Shown piece after piece: positions 20,270 through 30,404 of a stretch of DNA of 64,000 bases. The first letter of the stretch is position 1; each line of letters begins with the position of its first letter. The notes below the pieces were generated by a model, which saw nothing but the letters and a program-made list of their open reading frames with translations, was not told where the DNA came from and searched no databases. The position numbers and the translations under genes are program-made. Origin of the DNA: Deltaproteobacteria bacterium (GTDB lineage Bacteria > Desulfobacterota > Desulfobacteria > Desulfobacterales > SpSt-501); the NCBI GenBank assembly GCA_016219005.1, contig JACRCN010000084.1, positions 73,042 to 137,041 of the forward strand, given 5' to 3'.

Positions 20270-21436
20270 TTAGGCCTCCCGCAGGGCCGCGACGATATTC
20301 ATCCGCGCCGCCCGGAAGGCCGGCAGAAGCCCCCCGGTAAGCCCCATGATCAGCGCGAAGGCAAGCCCTTCGATCACGATTCCCGGACTCAGCCTGAACT
20401 GAAAGGCCAGTTCGGCGAAGGTCTGGAAGTTGGTGGTGGACACCGTGAAGAATTGCAGGAAGGAGGCGAGAAAGAGTCCTGCGAGCCCGCCCACCCAGCC
20501 GAGCAGCAGGGCCTCTGCCAGGAAGGCGGTCAGGATCGCCGAGCGCTTGAAACCAACGGCCCTAAGCGTTCCGATTTCGGCCGTGCGGTTGGCCACGGCC
20601 GAATACATGGTGATCATAGCGCCGACCACGGCGCCGATGGAAAAGATGATCGTGAGTGACATGCCGAGGACGCGCAGGAAGGTGGCGGTCGCCTCGGATT
20701 GGTCCTGGTAATAGGTGACCTCCCGCTTGGACTCCAACGACAGGCGGGGGTCTCCCTCGATGCGCGCTTTCACGGCCGCAAACGCTGCGGGGTCCCGCAG
20801 GCGGAAGATCACCGAGGAGTAGGCCTGCCGCCGAAACGCCTGCATGAACTGCTCCGCATCCCCCCAAATTTCGGAGTTGAAGCCGGTGTTGCCTGCGTCA
20901 AACACGCCGACCACCGTCCAATCGCGGTTGGCGAATGAGAGCGTCTCGTTATGGCCCGCATTCTGGAACCGCTGGGCGATCCCTTCGCCCACCATGATTT
21001 CGGACAACCCCGGCCGCGGCATGCGTCCGGTCGTCATGCGGACCTGGGGCCGCAGCGCGAGGGAGTATTCCGAGGTCCCGCGGATGGTGACGTTGGAGGT
21101 GCTGTCCGAGCCCCGCTTGCGCAGGTTGATGAGCACCACCACCTCCCGGGCCGCGAGCGGCCGGCCGCCGGGGCCGCCGGCGATTTCCGGTTGCGTCTCG
21201 ATGATGGCCGCCTCAAGGCGCGACACCGGGCTTTGAACTTCCGAGTTCGAGGACTTGCGGATGGCAATGACGTTGTCATAGGAACCGGAATCCACCAGGG
21301 TACGCTGCAACCCCTCGGCCAACATGAGGATGGCCGCGAAGGCAAACACCACGAGCGCCATGCCCCCGGCGGTCAGGACCGTGGTCATTCGCCGGGCCAG
21401 CAGGTTGCGCAGGCTATAGGCCAATAGAAGCTTCAC
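20270..21436 (-). CDS. ABC efflux permease (MacB/FtsX-like)
   Basis: It has an N-terminal TM segment, a periplasmic domain and a C-terminal FtsX-type 3-TM region. The gene is paired with a paralogue upstream. Confidence 0.8.
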   Translation of the reverse strand: MKLLLAYSLRNLLARRMTTVLTAGGMALVVFAFAAILMLAEGLQRTLVDSGSYDNVIAIRKSSNSEVQSPVSRLEAAIIETQPEIAGGPGGRPLAAREVVVLINLRKRGSDSTSNVTIRGTSEYSLALRPQVRMTTGRMPRPGLSEIMVGEGIAQRFQNAGHNETLSFANRDWTVVGVFDAGNTGFNSEIWGDAEQFMQAFRRQAYSSVIFRLRDPAAFAAVKARIEGDPRLSLESKREVTYYQDQSEATATFLRVLGMSLTIIFSIGAVVGAMITMYSAVANRTAEIGTLRAVGFKRSAILTAFLAEALLLGWVGGLAGLFLASFLQFFTVSTTNFQTFAELAFQFRLSPGIVIEGLAFALIMGLTGGLLPAFRAARMNIVAALREA

Positions 21437-22599
21437 GCCATCCTTCCCAAGGCATCGACGATCCGCACCGTCAGCACCTTCTGGATCGGGAACGCCGCGG
21501 CCACCAGCGCCACGGTGACGACAGCCAGCACGTCCAACCAGAGCGTCGTCGGGCTGATGTCCATAATCGGGAAAATGTTCCCCACATAGCCCGTCAGGAT
21601 CTTCAGGGCGGGAAAAGTGCAGGCGATGCCGAGGGCCCCGCCCGCCACGCAGACCACCAGAGACTCTCCCAGAATCAGGCTCGTCAGGTGGAAGGCCCGG
21701 TAACCGAGCGTCTTGAATATGGCGAACTCGTGCATGCGCTCGCGCACCGACATGATCATGGTGTTCGCGACGACAGCCATGATGATGCCGATGATCACGA
21801 GCGAAACCATGCGGATGGCCATGAGGATGGCTTCGCTCATGGTCACGAACCCCAGTTGAAAGGCGCGCTCGGTTTCAGTCAGGGTTTCGGCCAGAGAGTT
21901 CTTGAAAACGGCGTCCACGGCTCCGGCAACCGCCGGGGCATCATCGGCATGGGTGATCTCGATGACGAAGAGACCGGTCCGGTTGGCTCGCCGGAGATAG
22001 CGCTCCTTGAGCCGCTCGTTCAGGTAGTCCCAGTGAAAGAACAGCTGGTTTTCGTCGGTGCTCTTGTCGCGCCCCTGGTAAATGCCCCGCACGACCATCG
22101 GCCAGTCTCCGGAGTAGATGGTCCCCTGAAGGGGCACGGTGTCGCCCACTTTCCAGCCGAAGCGCTCGGCCAGCCCGCGGCCGGCGACACAGCCCCTGCG
22201 GTCCTTGAGAAAGGCCGATCTCTGGTCCTCGGGCAGAACAAACTCCGGGTACAGGTCCAGGAAACTCTTGGGGTCCACGGCAAAGTTCGCGAAGAAATTC
22301 TTGCGGTCGATGTAGATGCCGCCGAACCATGTCATATGGGAGACGGCCTTGACGCCGTCGACCGCCCGGATTTTTTCCATGTAGGCGATCGGCAGGGAAA
22401 AGGTGAGGGATATCGCATGGCGGATGACGAGACGGTTGGCGGCGGCCGCTGAAACCCCCGCATACCAGGCATCCACGAGCGTGCTCAGCATGCCGAAGGC
22501 CAGCACTGCCACGGCAACGCCGAAAACGGTCAGCACGGCGCGCAGCGTGTGTCTAAACGCGTTCCGGAACAGCAGCTTCCAGAGCATTGGCCAGGACAC
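21433..22599 (-). CDS. ABC efflux permease (MacB/FtsX-like), second copy
   Basis: Same architecture as its neighbour, with a 4-nt overlap with the downstream gene. The start is uncertain because it overlaps the ATPase 3' end. Confidence 0.8.
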   Translation of the reverse strand: MSWPMLWKLLFRNAFRHTLRAVLTVFGVAVAVLAFGMLSTLVDAWYAGVSAAAANRLVIRHAISLTFSLPIAYMEKIRAVDGVKAVSHMTWFGGIYIDRKNFFANFAVDPKSFLDLYPEFVLPEDQRSAFLKDRRGCVAGRGLAERFGWKVGDTVPLQGTIYSGDWPMVVRGIYQGRDKSTDENQLFFHWDYLNERLKERYLRRANRTGLFVIEITHADDAPAVAGAVDAVFKNSLAETLTETERAFQLGFVTMSEAILMAIRMVSLVIIGIIMAVVANTMIMSVRERMHEFAIFKTLGYRAFHLTSLILGESLVVCVAGGALGIACTFPALKILTGYVGNIFPIMDISPTTLWLDVLAVVTVALVAAAFPIQKVLTVRIVDALGRMA

Positions 22600-23269
22600 C
22601 CTTGTCGAGGTGTTTGACGGTGGCGGCCCGCCGGGCGGCCCGCGGGTCGTGGGTTACCATGATGATCGTCTTGCCCAGTTCCCGGCTCAAGCGCTCCATG
22701 AACACGAGCACATCTTCGGCCGCGGCGCGGTCCAGGTCGCCTGTGGGCTCGTCGGCCACTACGATGGTGGGGTCGGTGACCAGCGCGCGCGCGATGGCCA
22801 CGCGCTGCTGCTGGCCGCCGGAAAGCTGCCGCGGGTAGTGGTCCATGCGGTCCTGGAGATTGACCAGGCCCAGGACCGTCCGGACATGCTCCCGGCGCTC
22901 TCGGCGCGACAGATCCGTCAGGATCAGCGGCAGCTCCACGTTTTCAAAGGCCGTCAACACCGGGATCAGGTTGTAGAACTGGAAGATGAAGCCGACATGC
23001 GCGGCGCGCCAGGCGGCAAGCTGCGTTTCGGACAACGCCGCGATGTCGACGCCGCCCACGCGGATCGTGCCCGAGTCTGCCCGGTCCAGGCCCGCGATGA
23101 GGTTGAGCAGCGTGCTCTTGCCCGAGCCCGAGGGCCCCATGAGGGCCAAGAACTCCGATGCGGCGATGGTGAGGGAAATGTCCTCCAGCACCGGGATGAC
23201 CTGGTTCCCACGGCGGTAGGATTTCGTGATGTTACGGATATCGACGATGATCGGGCGCGTGGTGCTCAT
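22553..23269 (-). CDS. ABC transporter ATP-binding protein (MacB/LolD-type)
   Basis: Walker A 'GPSGSGKST', signature '[15 protein letters not shown]', Walker B 'ADEPTGDLD'. Confidence 0.9.
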   Translation of the reverse strand: MSTTRPIIVDIRNITKSYRRGNQVIPVLEDISLTIAASEFLALMGPSGSGKSTLLNLIAGLDRADSGTIRVGGVDIAALSETQLAAWRAAHVGFIFQFYNLIPVLTAFENVELPLILTDLSRRERREHVRTVLGLVNLQDRMDHYPRQLSGGQQQRVAIARALVTDPTIVVADEPTGDLDRAAAEDVLVFMERLSRELGKTIIMVTHDPRAARRAATVKHLDKGVLANALEAAVPERV

Positions 23270-23272
23270 TCG

Positions 23273-24490
23273 TCACTGTTTCGGAACCGACACGCGGGTT
23301 CCGTCCGTCAATTTTTCCACCGGTGCGACAGCGATGCGGCTTCCAATCGCCGGCCCCTCCAGCAGTTCGACGATCTCGCCCAGGCGCCGGCCGAGTTGCA
23401 CCGGGACCTCCCGAACTCGGTCGCCCTGGATGAGGAACACCCGGGGGGGACCGTTGCCCTGGGCCACGGCTGCCGCCGGCACCGCGCGCAAGGGCGCCTG
23501 CTCCCCCGGGCCGGTTTCGCGCGAAAGAAACGCCACCTTGGCGCTCATCTCAGGCAGAATCCGCGGGTCGCGCTCGAGAAAAGCGACCTTCACTGAAATC
23601 GAGGCCTTGCTGCGGTCGGCGGTCGGCAGGATCATGTGCACCCGGCCGGGGAAACGCGAATCCGGGAAGGCGTCCAGACGGATTTCGCAGGGCTGGCCGG
23701 TCTTCACTTGAGCGATGTTTGATTCCGATACATCCACCGCCACCAGGAGCGATTCCATGTCGGCGATGGTCACCACGGCCGCCTTGGCATCGGCCGTGGC
23801 CGCCAGCGGAGTCACGATGTCGCCGATGTCGGCGTTCTTGGTGAGCACCACCGCATCGAAGGGTGCGCGGATGTTGGTGTAGTCGAGGAGCACGGTCGCC
23901 TCCTCGAGGGCGGCCTGATTTGCGCGCAAGGCGGCGGACTGGCCCTCCACGGCCGCCATGGCGGTCCGGTGGCGGGCCTCGGCCGTGTCAAAGACCGAGC
24001 GAGCGATGGTCCCTTTTTCGGCGAGCGTTTTTTTGCGCGTGTAGTCCAGACGTGCGTTCGTCAGTTCGGCCAGCATCTGCTCCAGACTGTGTCGGGCGAC
24101 GGCGACGTTCTGGGCTGCCCGGTCCCGGGCGGCCACGGCGTCTCGGTTCTCCAGCCGGGCGATGACTTGGCCCTCCTTCACCCGGCTGCCCTCCTCGATG
24201 CCCAGGTACACCAGTCGTCCGGTCAGCTTGGAGGCCACGGCGGATTTGCGGTCGGCTACGACATAGCCGCTCGCGTTCAGCTGAGTCAGCGTCTGGGACG
24301 GGTAGATGTTCTGAACGGTGGTTGCCTGGATCGGCACCGCGGGCGTGAGGAGCCCCTGCCGGTAGAGCACGCCTAACGCTACGAGCAAGAGGAGCAGCGG
24401 AACGCCCCACGCCAGCCACTTCTTCTTTCGGGCCTTCGGTCGCAGGGCTGATTTTTCGATACGCAGCTTTTCCAGTTCCATCTCGGGCAT
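23273..24490 (-). CDS. Efflux periplasmic adaptor (HlyD/MacA family)
   Basis: A membrane anchor, coiled-coil and barrel-sandwich regions. The start was moved to the ATG at 24490 ('MPEMELEKL'), because the upstream extension looks non-protein-like. Confidence 0.8.
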   Translation of the reverse strand: MPEMELEKLRIEKSALRPKARKKKWLAWGVPLLLLLVALGVLYRQGLLTPAVPIQATTVQNIYPSQTLTQLNASGYVVADRKSAVASKLTGRLVYLGIEEGSRVKEGQVIARLENRDAVAARDRAAQNVAVARHSLEQMLAELTNARLDYTRKKTLAEKGTIARSVFDTAEARHRTAMAAVEGQSAALRANQAALEEATVLLDYTNIRAPFDAVVLTKNADIGDIVTPLAATADAKAAVVTIADMESLLVAVDVSESNIAQVKTGQPCEIRLDAFPDSRFPGRVHMILPTADRSKASISVKVAFLERDPRILPEMSAKVAFLSRETGPGEQAPLRAVPAAAVAQGNGPPRVFLIQGDRVREVPVQLGRRLGEIVELLEGPAIGSRIAVAPVEKLTDGTRVSVPKQ

Positions 24491-24768
24491 GGCCGACACT
24501 CCTCGCCGGGCAGATAGGGGGTTAACCGCCTTTCTACCACGGCTGCCAGGCCGTGCACAATACAAACCGCAGTCGCTTGGCAGTTCTCGCTGAACTGTTT
24601 TTTGACCAGACCGGGGGGTGCGGGTATGCTGAGTGGTGTTAGAAGCTATCTCAAAATAGCATCTGGCAGTCGAGGGCGGCGTTTTACGCCTCTGAAAAAT
24701 GCTCACCACCTGACGCGGTTGCGGCACTTTTTCAGCGGCGTGCGCCTTGCCCTCGGCTGTGATCTGCC

Positions 24769-24788
24769 ATTTTTGAAATGGCTTCTAT
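24769..24788. repeat. Direct repeat copy B (ATTTTTGAAATGGCTTCTAT)
   Basis: 19/20 identical to 20248-20267. It overlaps the wrbA stop codon. Confidence 0.6.
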
Positions 24789-25387
24789 GCTGATTGCTTC
24801 TTAGCTACTTCCGCAACGTGGGCTCCCTGGAATCGAGCGATTTTTATTTCGTTCTCTGACGGTTGACGACTGCCATCGACGCCAGCAAGAGTGCTCGCTC
24901 CATAGGGGGATCCGCCGGTGATTTCACTCATGTTCATGATTTCCTGGCAGGAATAGGGAACTCCCACCACTATCATGCCGTGATGCAACAAGGTGGAGTG
25001 AAACGAGGTGATCGTGGTTTCCTGTCCGCCGTGCTGCGTGCCCGTGGACGTGAACACGCTGCCCACCTTGCCGATCAAGTCGCCTTTCAGCCACAACCGG
25101 CCGGTCTGGTCGAGAAAATTGCGCATCTGCGCGCACATGTTGCCAAAACGTGTCGGCGTGCCAAAAATGATGGCATCGTAGTTCGGCAACTCGTCAACCG
25201 CCGCGATCCCCGCCGCCTGATCGAGCTTGGCACCGGCTTTTCGTGCCACGTCTTCCGGCATCAGATCGGGCACGCGCTTGATGATGACCTCGGCGCCTTT
25301 GACGCTGCGCGCGCCCTCAGCCACCGCTTTCGCCATGGTTTCTATGTGGCCATACATGCTGTAGTAAAGAACGAGAACTTTTGGCAT
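24785..25387 (-). CDS. wrbA: NAD(P)H:quinone oxidoreductase WrbA (flavodoxin-like)
   Basis: '[22 protein letters not shown]' and '[10 protein letters not shown]'. A GAGGAG ribosome-binding site sits upstream. Confidence 0.9.
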   Translation of the reverse strand: MPKVLVLYYSMYGHIETMAKAVAEGARSVKGAEVIIKRVPDLMPEDVARKAGAKLDQAAGIAAVDELPNYDAIIFGTPTRFGNMCAQMRNFLDQTGRLWLKGDLIGKVGSVFTSTGTQHGGQETTITSFHSTLLHHGMIVVGVPYSCQEIMNMSEITGGSPYGASTLAGVDGSRQPSENEIKIARFQGAHVAEVAKKQSA

Positions 25388-25410
25388 GCTGTATCTCCTC
25401 TAGTGGTTTT

Positions 25411-25426
25411 TTGCGCAATTTGCAAA
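25411..25426. promoter_or_regulatory. Two abutting 8-bp palindromes TTGCGCAA and TTTGCAAA upstream of wrbA
   Basis: Read directly, 24-39 nt upstream of the wrbA start codon. Confidence 0.3.
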
Positions 25427-25890
25427 CGACTGCCACTTGGGACAGGAATTACCCCAACGGTCCGTGTTTGTTTGTTGGTTCTGCATCCCGGCACAGCTAA
25501 ATAAAAAAAATGAGATGAGCACAACCCACGCCACTGGCATAAATGTTTTCATTTTAGCAGCCCTATTGCCGGATGGTTATCGAATGGCTTCCTACCGGAG
25601 CTCAAACGGAGAACATCAGGCACGCTCGGAATTGCAGCGATCGTTCCTTGGCGGTAAATCTGGGGCATTACCCAATCCCTGTCAAGGGGGGATGATGATA
25701 GAAATTTATGGATTCTGCAGGGTTATCGGGAGAAGGAAGATGTCCGCCTCGGCCGATGGGTCCGGTTCGATGAAGTTTCACTGCCGAGTAGGTGGTCAGA
25801 AGGTCTTTTTCGAATACTGCTTTGGGCGGTTCACAATTCCATGTCTCCGGCTTCGCCGGAAGTCACTGACTTTTGGATTGACCCGCGACA

Positions 25891-26343
25891 TCAAAGGCTT
25901 CGTTCCAAGTTAATGATTTTGGAGGGGCTGAATTGGTTCGCGCTAAAGAAATGAATCAGTTTGGTATCATTCCAGTCGACCAAGGTGTTGATTTTTTGAA
26001 CGCCGAGTGTTCTCAAATGATCCATAAATTCATTGATCAACTGCTTACCGATACCCTTATGCTGGCAATAGGGATCGACGCCGATGGTATCCAGTGTTGC
26101 TTTTTCCTTGGAAATACCATATTCTCCTATGTAGAGTTCCCCCATTACAAAACCCACCACCGTGCCATCTTGGTCCTCGGCCACCAGCGACGCGGGCAAA
26201 TAATCTTTGGTTTGAAAAAGCTTTTCAAACTTCAGCTCATAGTACTCCGGCCGGGGCGTTTTAAGCACTTTCTCGTCAATCCCAACCACAGCGTCAAAAT
26301 CGCCGGCCTTCATGAGTCTGATTTTAATGGCGCTCTCGTTCAT
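25891..26343 (-). CDS. GNAT-family N-acetyltransferase
   Basis: 'VGFVMGE' and the 'QHKGIGKQLI' acetyl-CoA-binding motif. Its ATG overlaps the upstream stop (ATGA at 26340-26343). Confidence 0.8.
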   Translation of the reverse strand: MNESAIKIRLMKAGDFDAVVGIDEKVLKTPRPEYYELKFEKLFQTKDYLPASLVAEDQDGTVVGFVMGELYIGEYGISKEKATLDTIGVDPYCQHKGIGKQLINEFMDHLRTLGVQKINTLVDWNDTKLIHFFSANQFSPSKIINLERSL

Positions 26344-27185
26344 GAAGCTCCTTTCTCTTTACTCTTTCTGATGATGGTTCTTTCTGCTTCAGGAAGAGGA
26401 GGCGGAACAGGCTCGCCGGAAATCGTCTTCACCGCACCAAAGCGAGGGGGGCAGGCATCAAAGCAAGTTCCGCATTTTATGCATTTTTCCTGGTCAATTA
26501 CATGGATCCGGTTTTTGCCGCCCGCAATTGCCTCTACCGGGCATTTTTTAAGGCAAATCATACAGGCCTGGCACTTTTCCGGATCAATATGGTACGAGAT
26601 TACTTCACGAAATAACCGGTCTACCTCCTCACGGGTGAAAAGACCGTCATATTCTGCCTTGTTTTCAAGGCGTGACTCCAGCTTCTCCCTTTTAACTATC
26701 TTGATGTAGGGGGTGAGCTTTGCAACTTCTTGAATTTTAGACTTTAATTCATTTTTATCTATTCCTTCGCTTTTGCCAAGCGGTCCTAACTCCTTCACCT
26801 TTCGGCCAAAATCATTAATAACGTCGGCAAAGAGGATTCCTTCGCCGCCCGACATAAATTCAATCCTTAACCGTTCTGGGTTCAACCCTATGTGCTCCAA
26901 TATTTTTTTACCTAGAAGCACCATGTTAAGTGCATGATAATTTCCATGAGTAATATAATTGCATTCCTTTAAACGGCAACCACCAATAAACACCCCGTCC
27001 ATCCCATTTGAGAAAGCCCGGAGCACGAAGGACAGGTCGACTCTACCGGAACACATGACACGAACAAGCCTGATTTCAGGCGGATATTGCAGTCTGGAAA
27101 CTCCAGCCAGGTCAGCCGCGCCGTAGGCTCACCAATGGCATACAAAACCTATCATTTTGGGTCTGAATACAAGTCCTGCACTCAT
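26340..27185 (-). CDS. bamF: BamF-like MvhD-domain protein fused to a 2x[4Fe-4S] ferredoxin; predicted selenoprotein (in-frame TGA at 27129-27131)
   Basis: Reading from the ATG at 27185 (GGTGA ribosome-binding site upstream) gives 'MSAGLVFRPKMIGFVCHW-TGA-AYGAADLAGVSRLQYPPEIRLVRVMCSGRVD...', in frame with the 26340..27056 ORF. This matches the MvhD 'CxWC-SYxGAD' N-terminus with the second Cys replaced by TGA. C-terminal motifs are 'CQACMICLKKCP' and 'CIKCGTCFDACP'. Confidence 0.8.
27094..27106 (-). other. Hairpin downstream of the bamF-like TGA (bacterial SECIS candidate)
   Basis: On the minus-strand RNA, CUGGA-GUU-UCCAG starts 22 nt after the UGA. Only the core stem is reported; the extended structure was not resolved by eye. 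Confidence 0.35.
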
Positions 27186-27237
27186 TCGTTCTCACCTTCG
27201 TCTTTTAGAAATCCCGGGTTTATTCATGCGTATACTT

Positions 27238-30200
27238 CTACACATCCCCAAGCGCTGCATCAATTTGGCTCAAGAGCTCTGCATCGGTGAAATGCTTTAG
27301 GGTAATAGCGCCTGTCGGGCACCGTGCATTACAGAGACCATCTCCTTTGCAGATGACAGGATTAACTACTGCTTTTTTGCCCTGTCGTGTCTCGCGAAAC
27401 TCTATGGCATCATACGTACAGGCGGATATACATGCCCCGCACCCCGTACACTTTTTCTGATCCACTTCGCAAACAGAACCGGAGGCGATGACCGTATCGT
27501 GTGAGAGAAGCGTTAAGACCCGGCCGGCCGCTCCATACGCCTGGCTGATCGCTTCCGGCATATGCTTGGGATATTGAGCCATTCCACAAAGATAAACGCC
27601 GTCTGCCGCAAACTCCACCGGTTTCAATTTGACATGGGCTTCTTTGAAAAAATCATCCGGTCCCAAAGAGACCTTGAATAATCCTGCTACTTCCTTGGCT
27701 CCCGCGGAAGGAATAACGGCGGCAGCCAGGGCGAGGCAATCGGCATCTATCGCAAGCTTCTTGCCCAAAATATAATCGGTCACGGCAATCCTCAGGCGAG
27801 ACGTGCCACCCTCCTTAACGGTCTCCACCAGAGGCTTATCCAGCGGATCATAGCGGATGAACTTCACCTCCCTATTCGACGCTTCCCGGTAATAATCCTC
27901 ACTGAACCCATATGTCATCATGTCCCGATAGAGGATGTAGATATCCATCAGGGGATTTATCTCTTTCAGTTTCAATGCGTTCTTTATCGACACGCTGCAA
28001 CAGATCCTGCTGCAGTAATTTCTGTCTTCATTTCTGCAGCCTACGCATTGGATCATCACGAGACTTTCTGCGCTAATTATCTTTTCGTCTCCTTTGCTGA
28101 TCCGCTCCTCCAACTCAAGGTGGGTTATTACCCGGTCATCTTCCCCATATAGGTATTCGGTGGGCTTATATATATCAGCACCTATAGCAATGACGGCGGC
28201 ACCATGTTTTATCTCTTCGACCCCTCTTTCAGAATTCACCTTGGTTACGAAATTCCCAACATAACCCGTAGCCTCCGTGATGGTGGCATCCGTATATACA
28301 TGTACGGAGGGGTGTCGATATACTTTTTCTACAAGATCACGCAAATACGCCTGAACATCACGCCCATCCAGGGTGTAATGAATTCTGCGTGCCATTCCCC
28401 CCAGGTCCTTATTCTTTTCCACCAGGAAAACCTCGTGTCCCTGGTTGGCAATGGAAAGAGCACACGTCATGCCGGATACACCGCCACCCACCACTAACGC
28501 CGTCTTGTTTACGGGTAGGTCCAATTCCTGCAATGGCTCCAAATGGCACGCGCGTGCCACCGACATCCGGATTATATCCTTTGCCTTCTGTGTGGCTTCT
28601 TCCTTTTCTTTAGAATGGACCCAGGAGTTATGTTCCCTTATATTGGCCATTTCGAAGTAATACTGATTGATTCCCGCCTCCCGAAGGGTGTCCCGGAATA
28701 ACGGTTCAAGGGTCCTGGGGCTGCAGGCAGCGACTATCACCCGATTGAGCCCTTTTTCCTTTATAATGTCCGTTATTTCTTTGGCACAATTTGAAGCGCA
28801 TGAAAACAGCTGTTCCTGAGCGTAGACAACATGGGGTAAGGTCAAGGCATATTCAACTGTGGAAGGAACACTTACGACTCTTCCGATATTCGCCCCGCAA
28901 TGGCACACAAAGACCCCTATCCGGGGTTCTTCCCTGGAGACATCCTTCTCCGGCGGATAAATCCTTTCCTGGGTCAGCTTCCCTCGCCGGTAGTCAAGGA
29001 GTTCACCACATTGGGAGCCGGCTCCGCTGGCGGTAAAAACCGACTCGGGAATATCGGTGGGACCCTGGAAGGCCCCGCTTACAAAGATCCCGGGCCGGGT
29101 GGTCGAAAGGGGATTGGAAGGAATTGCTTTACAGAATCCGTGTGAATTGAGCTCGATTCCGAACTTATCCGCCAGATCCTCATAATCCGCAGGTGGATTC
29201 AATCCAACGGATAATACCACAAGATCGAATTCTTCCTCCTTTACCCCGTCCTCGGTCGTAGCGTATCGTATCGTTACATTCTTGCTTTCCTGGATCTCTT
29301 TCCCGATTGAGACATAGCTTCTTATAAATCGGACCCCGGGAAGGTTCTCCGCTCTTTGGTAAAAGCGTTCGAAATCTTTTCCGTAGGAACGAATATCGTT
29401 ATGGAATATGGTACACTCCGCCCCGGCGTCATGATCCTTTGTCAAAATCACCTGTTTCTGGGTATAAGTGCAGCATACGGCTGAGCAATAGCTGTTATCG
29501 CCCGGGGTAACCCGTCTGGAACCGACGCATTGAATCCAGGCTGTTTTATGGGGATGCTTTTTGTCGGAAGGGCGCAGGATCTCACCTTCGTATGGCCCGG
29601 TGGAGCATAACAGTCGTTCATAGTCCATACTGGTGACCACGTTCTGCATCTTCCCGTAGCCATAGTCGCCCTTCACCCCAGGGTCAAATGGCTCAAGCCC
29701 GGGAGACAGAATTATCGAAGCAACCTTAATTTCTATCTTCTCCGGCTTTTGCTGAAAATCAATGGCATCATTTTTACAGACGCCTTCGCAGATACGACAC
29801 TTCTTCTCTTTAAGGTAGAGACAGCTTTCATCGATATATGCGACAAGGGGAATCGCTTGGGAGTAGTATATATGGACGGCTTTATTTTTCGATATTTCCT
29901 GATTAAAAGAATCAGGGTATTTGACGGGGCAGTATTCTACACATGTAGTACAACCCGTGCATTTGTCTTCTAAAATGTATCGGGGTTTTTTAAGCAGGGT
30001 TACCTTGAAGTCCCCTGCCTCTCCTTCGACACTGTCGATTTCAGTTAACGTCAGGATCTCTACATTGGGATGCCGGCCGACCTCGACCAGTTTGGGCGAG
30101 AGTATTCACATGGAACAGTCGTTGGTTGGAAAGGTCTTGTCAAGCTGCGCCATATGGCCGCCGATGGCTGGTGCTTTCTCAACCAGGTAAACCTTGAAAC

Positions 30201-30336
30201 CGGCAATGGCAAGATCGAGGGAGGCCTGAATACCGGAAATTCCTCCACCCACCACCATTACATCCCCAAAATTAGTATTCACAAGACCTTTACAAAACAG
30301 TTGAACTTTTTCTTCAAGCAACAGTTCTTTTTGCAC
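27238..30336 (-). CDS. bamE: BamE-like double HdrA-type flavoprotein/FeS protein (about 1030 codons); predicted selenoprotein (in-frame TGA at 30106-30108)
   Basis: I translated 30336 to 29676 by hand. It reads '...[16 protein letters not shown]...[33 protein letters not shown]...[12 protein letters not shown]...[11 protein letters not shown]...' with no other stop and runs into the 27238..29676 ORF in the same frame. There are two FAD GxGxxG sites, the HdrA motifs 'CSAVCC' and 'CSRICC', and a C-terminal 2x[4Fe-4S]. The GTG start has a GAGGTGA ribosome-binding site. Confidence 0.85.
30073..30090 (-). other. Hairpin downstream of the bamE-like TGA (bacterial SECIS candidate)
   Basis: On the minus-strand RNA, CUGGUC-GAGGUC-GGCCGG forms a 6-bp stem (including G-U pairs) starting 15 nt after the UGA. 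The loop contains GGUC, reminiscent of the E. coli fdhF SECIS apical loop. Confidence 0.45.
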
Positions 30337-30404
30337 TTCCGATCACCTCATCCAATATTTTAAGCCCGCAATGTCCGGGCTGGCCGGGGTTAACCGCACT
30401 GACT

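Noticed and set aside
29677-30336. Interpretation of the split HdrA-like gene (76-aa ORF plus 812-aa ORF) and the N-terminally short MvhD-like ORF as pseudogenes or separate genes
   Set aside because: Each split is caused by exactly one TGA at a conserved Cys position, and the intervening sequence stays open and homologous. A hairpin follows each TGA. Sec-containing HdrA/MvhD/Bam proteins are established, so selenocysteine recoding is the better explanation.
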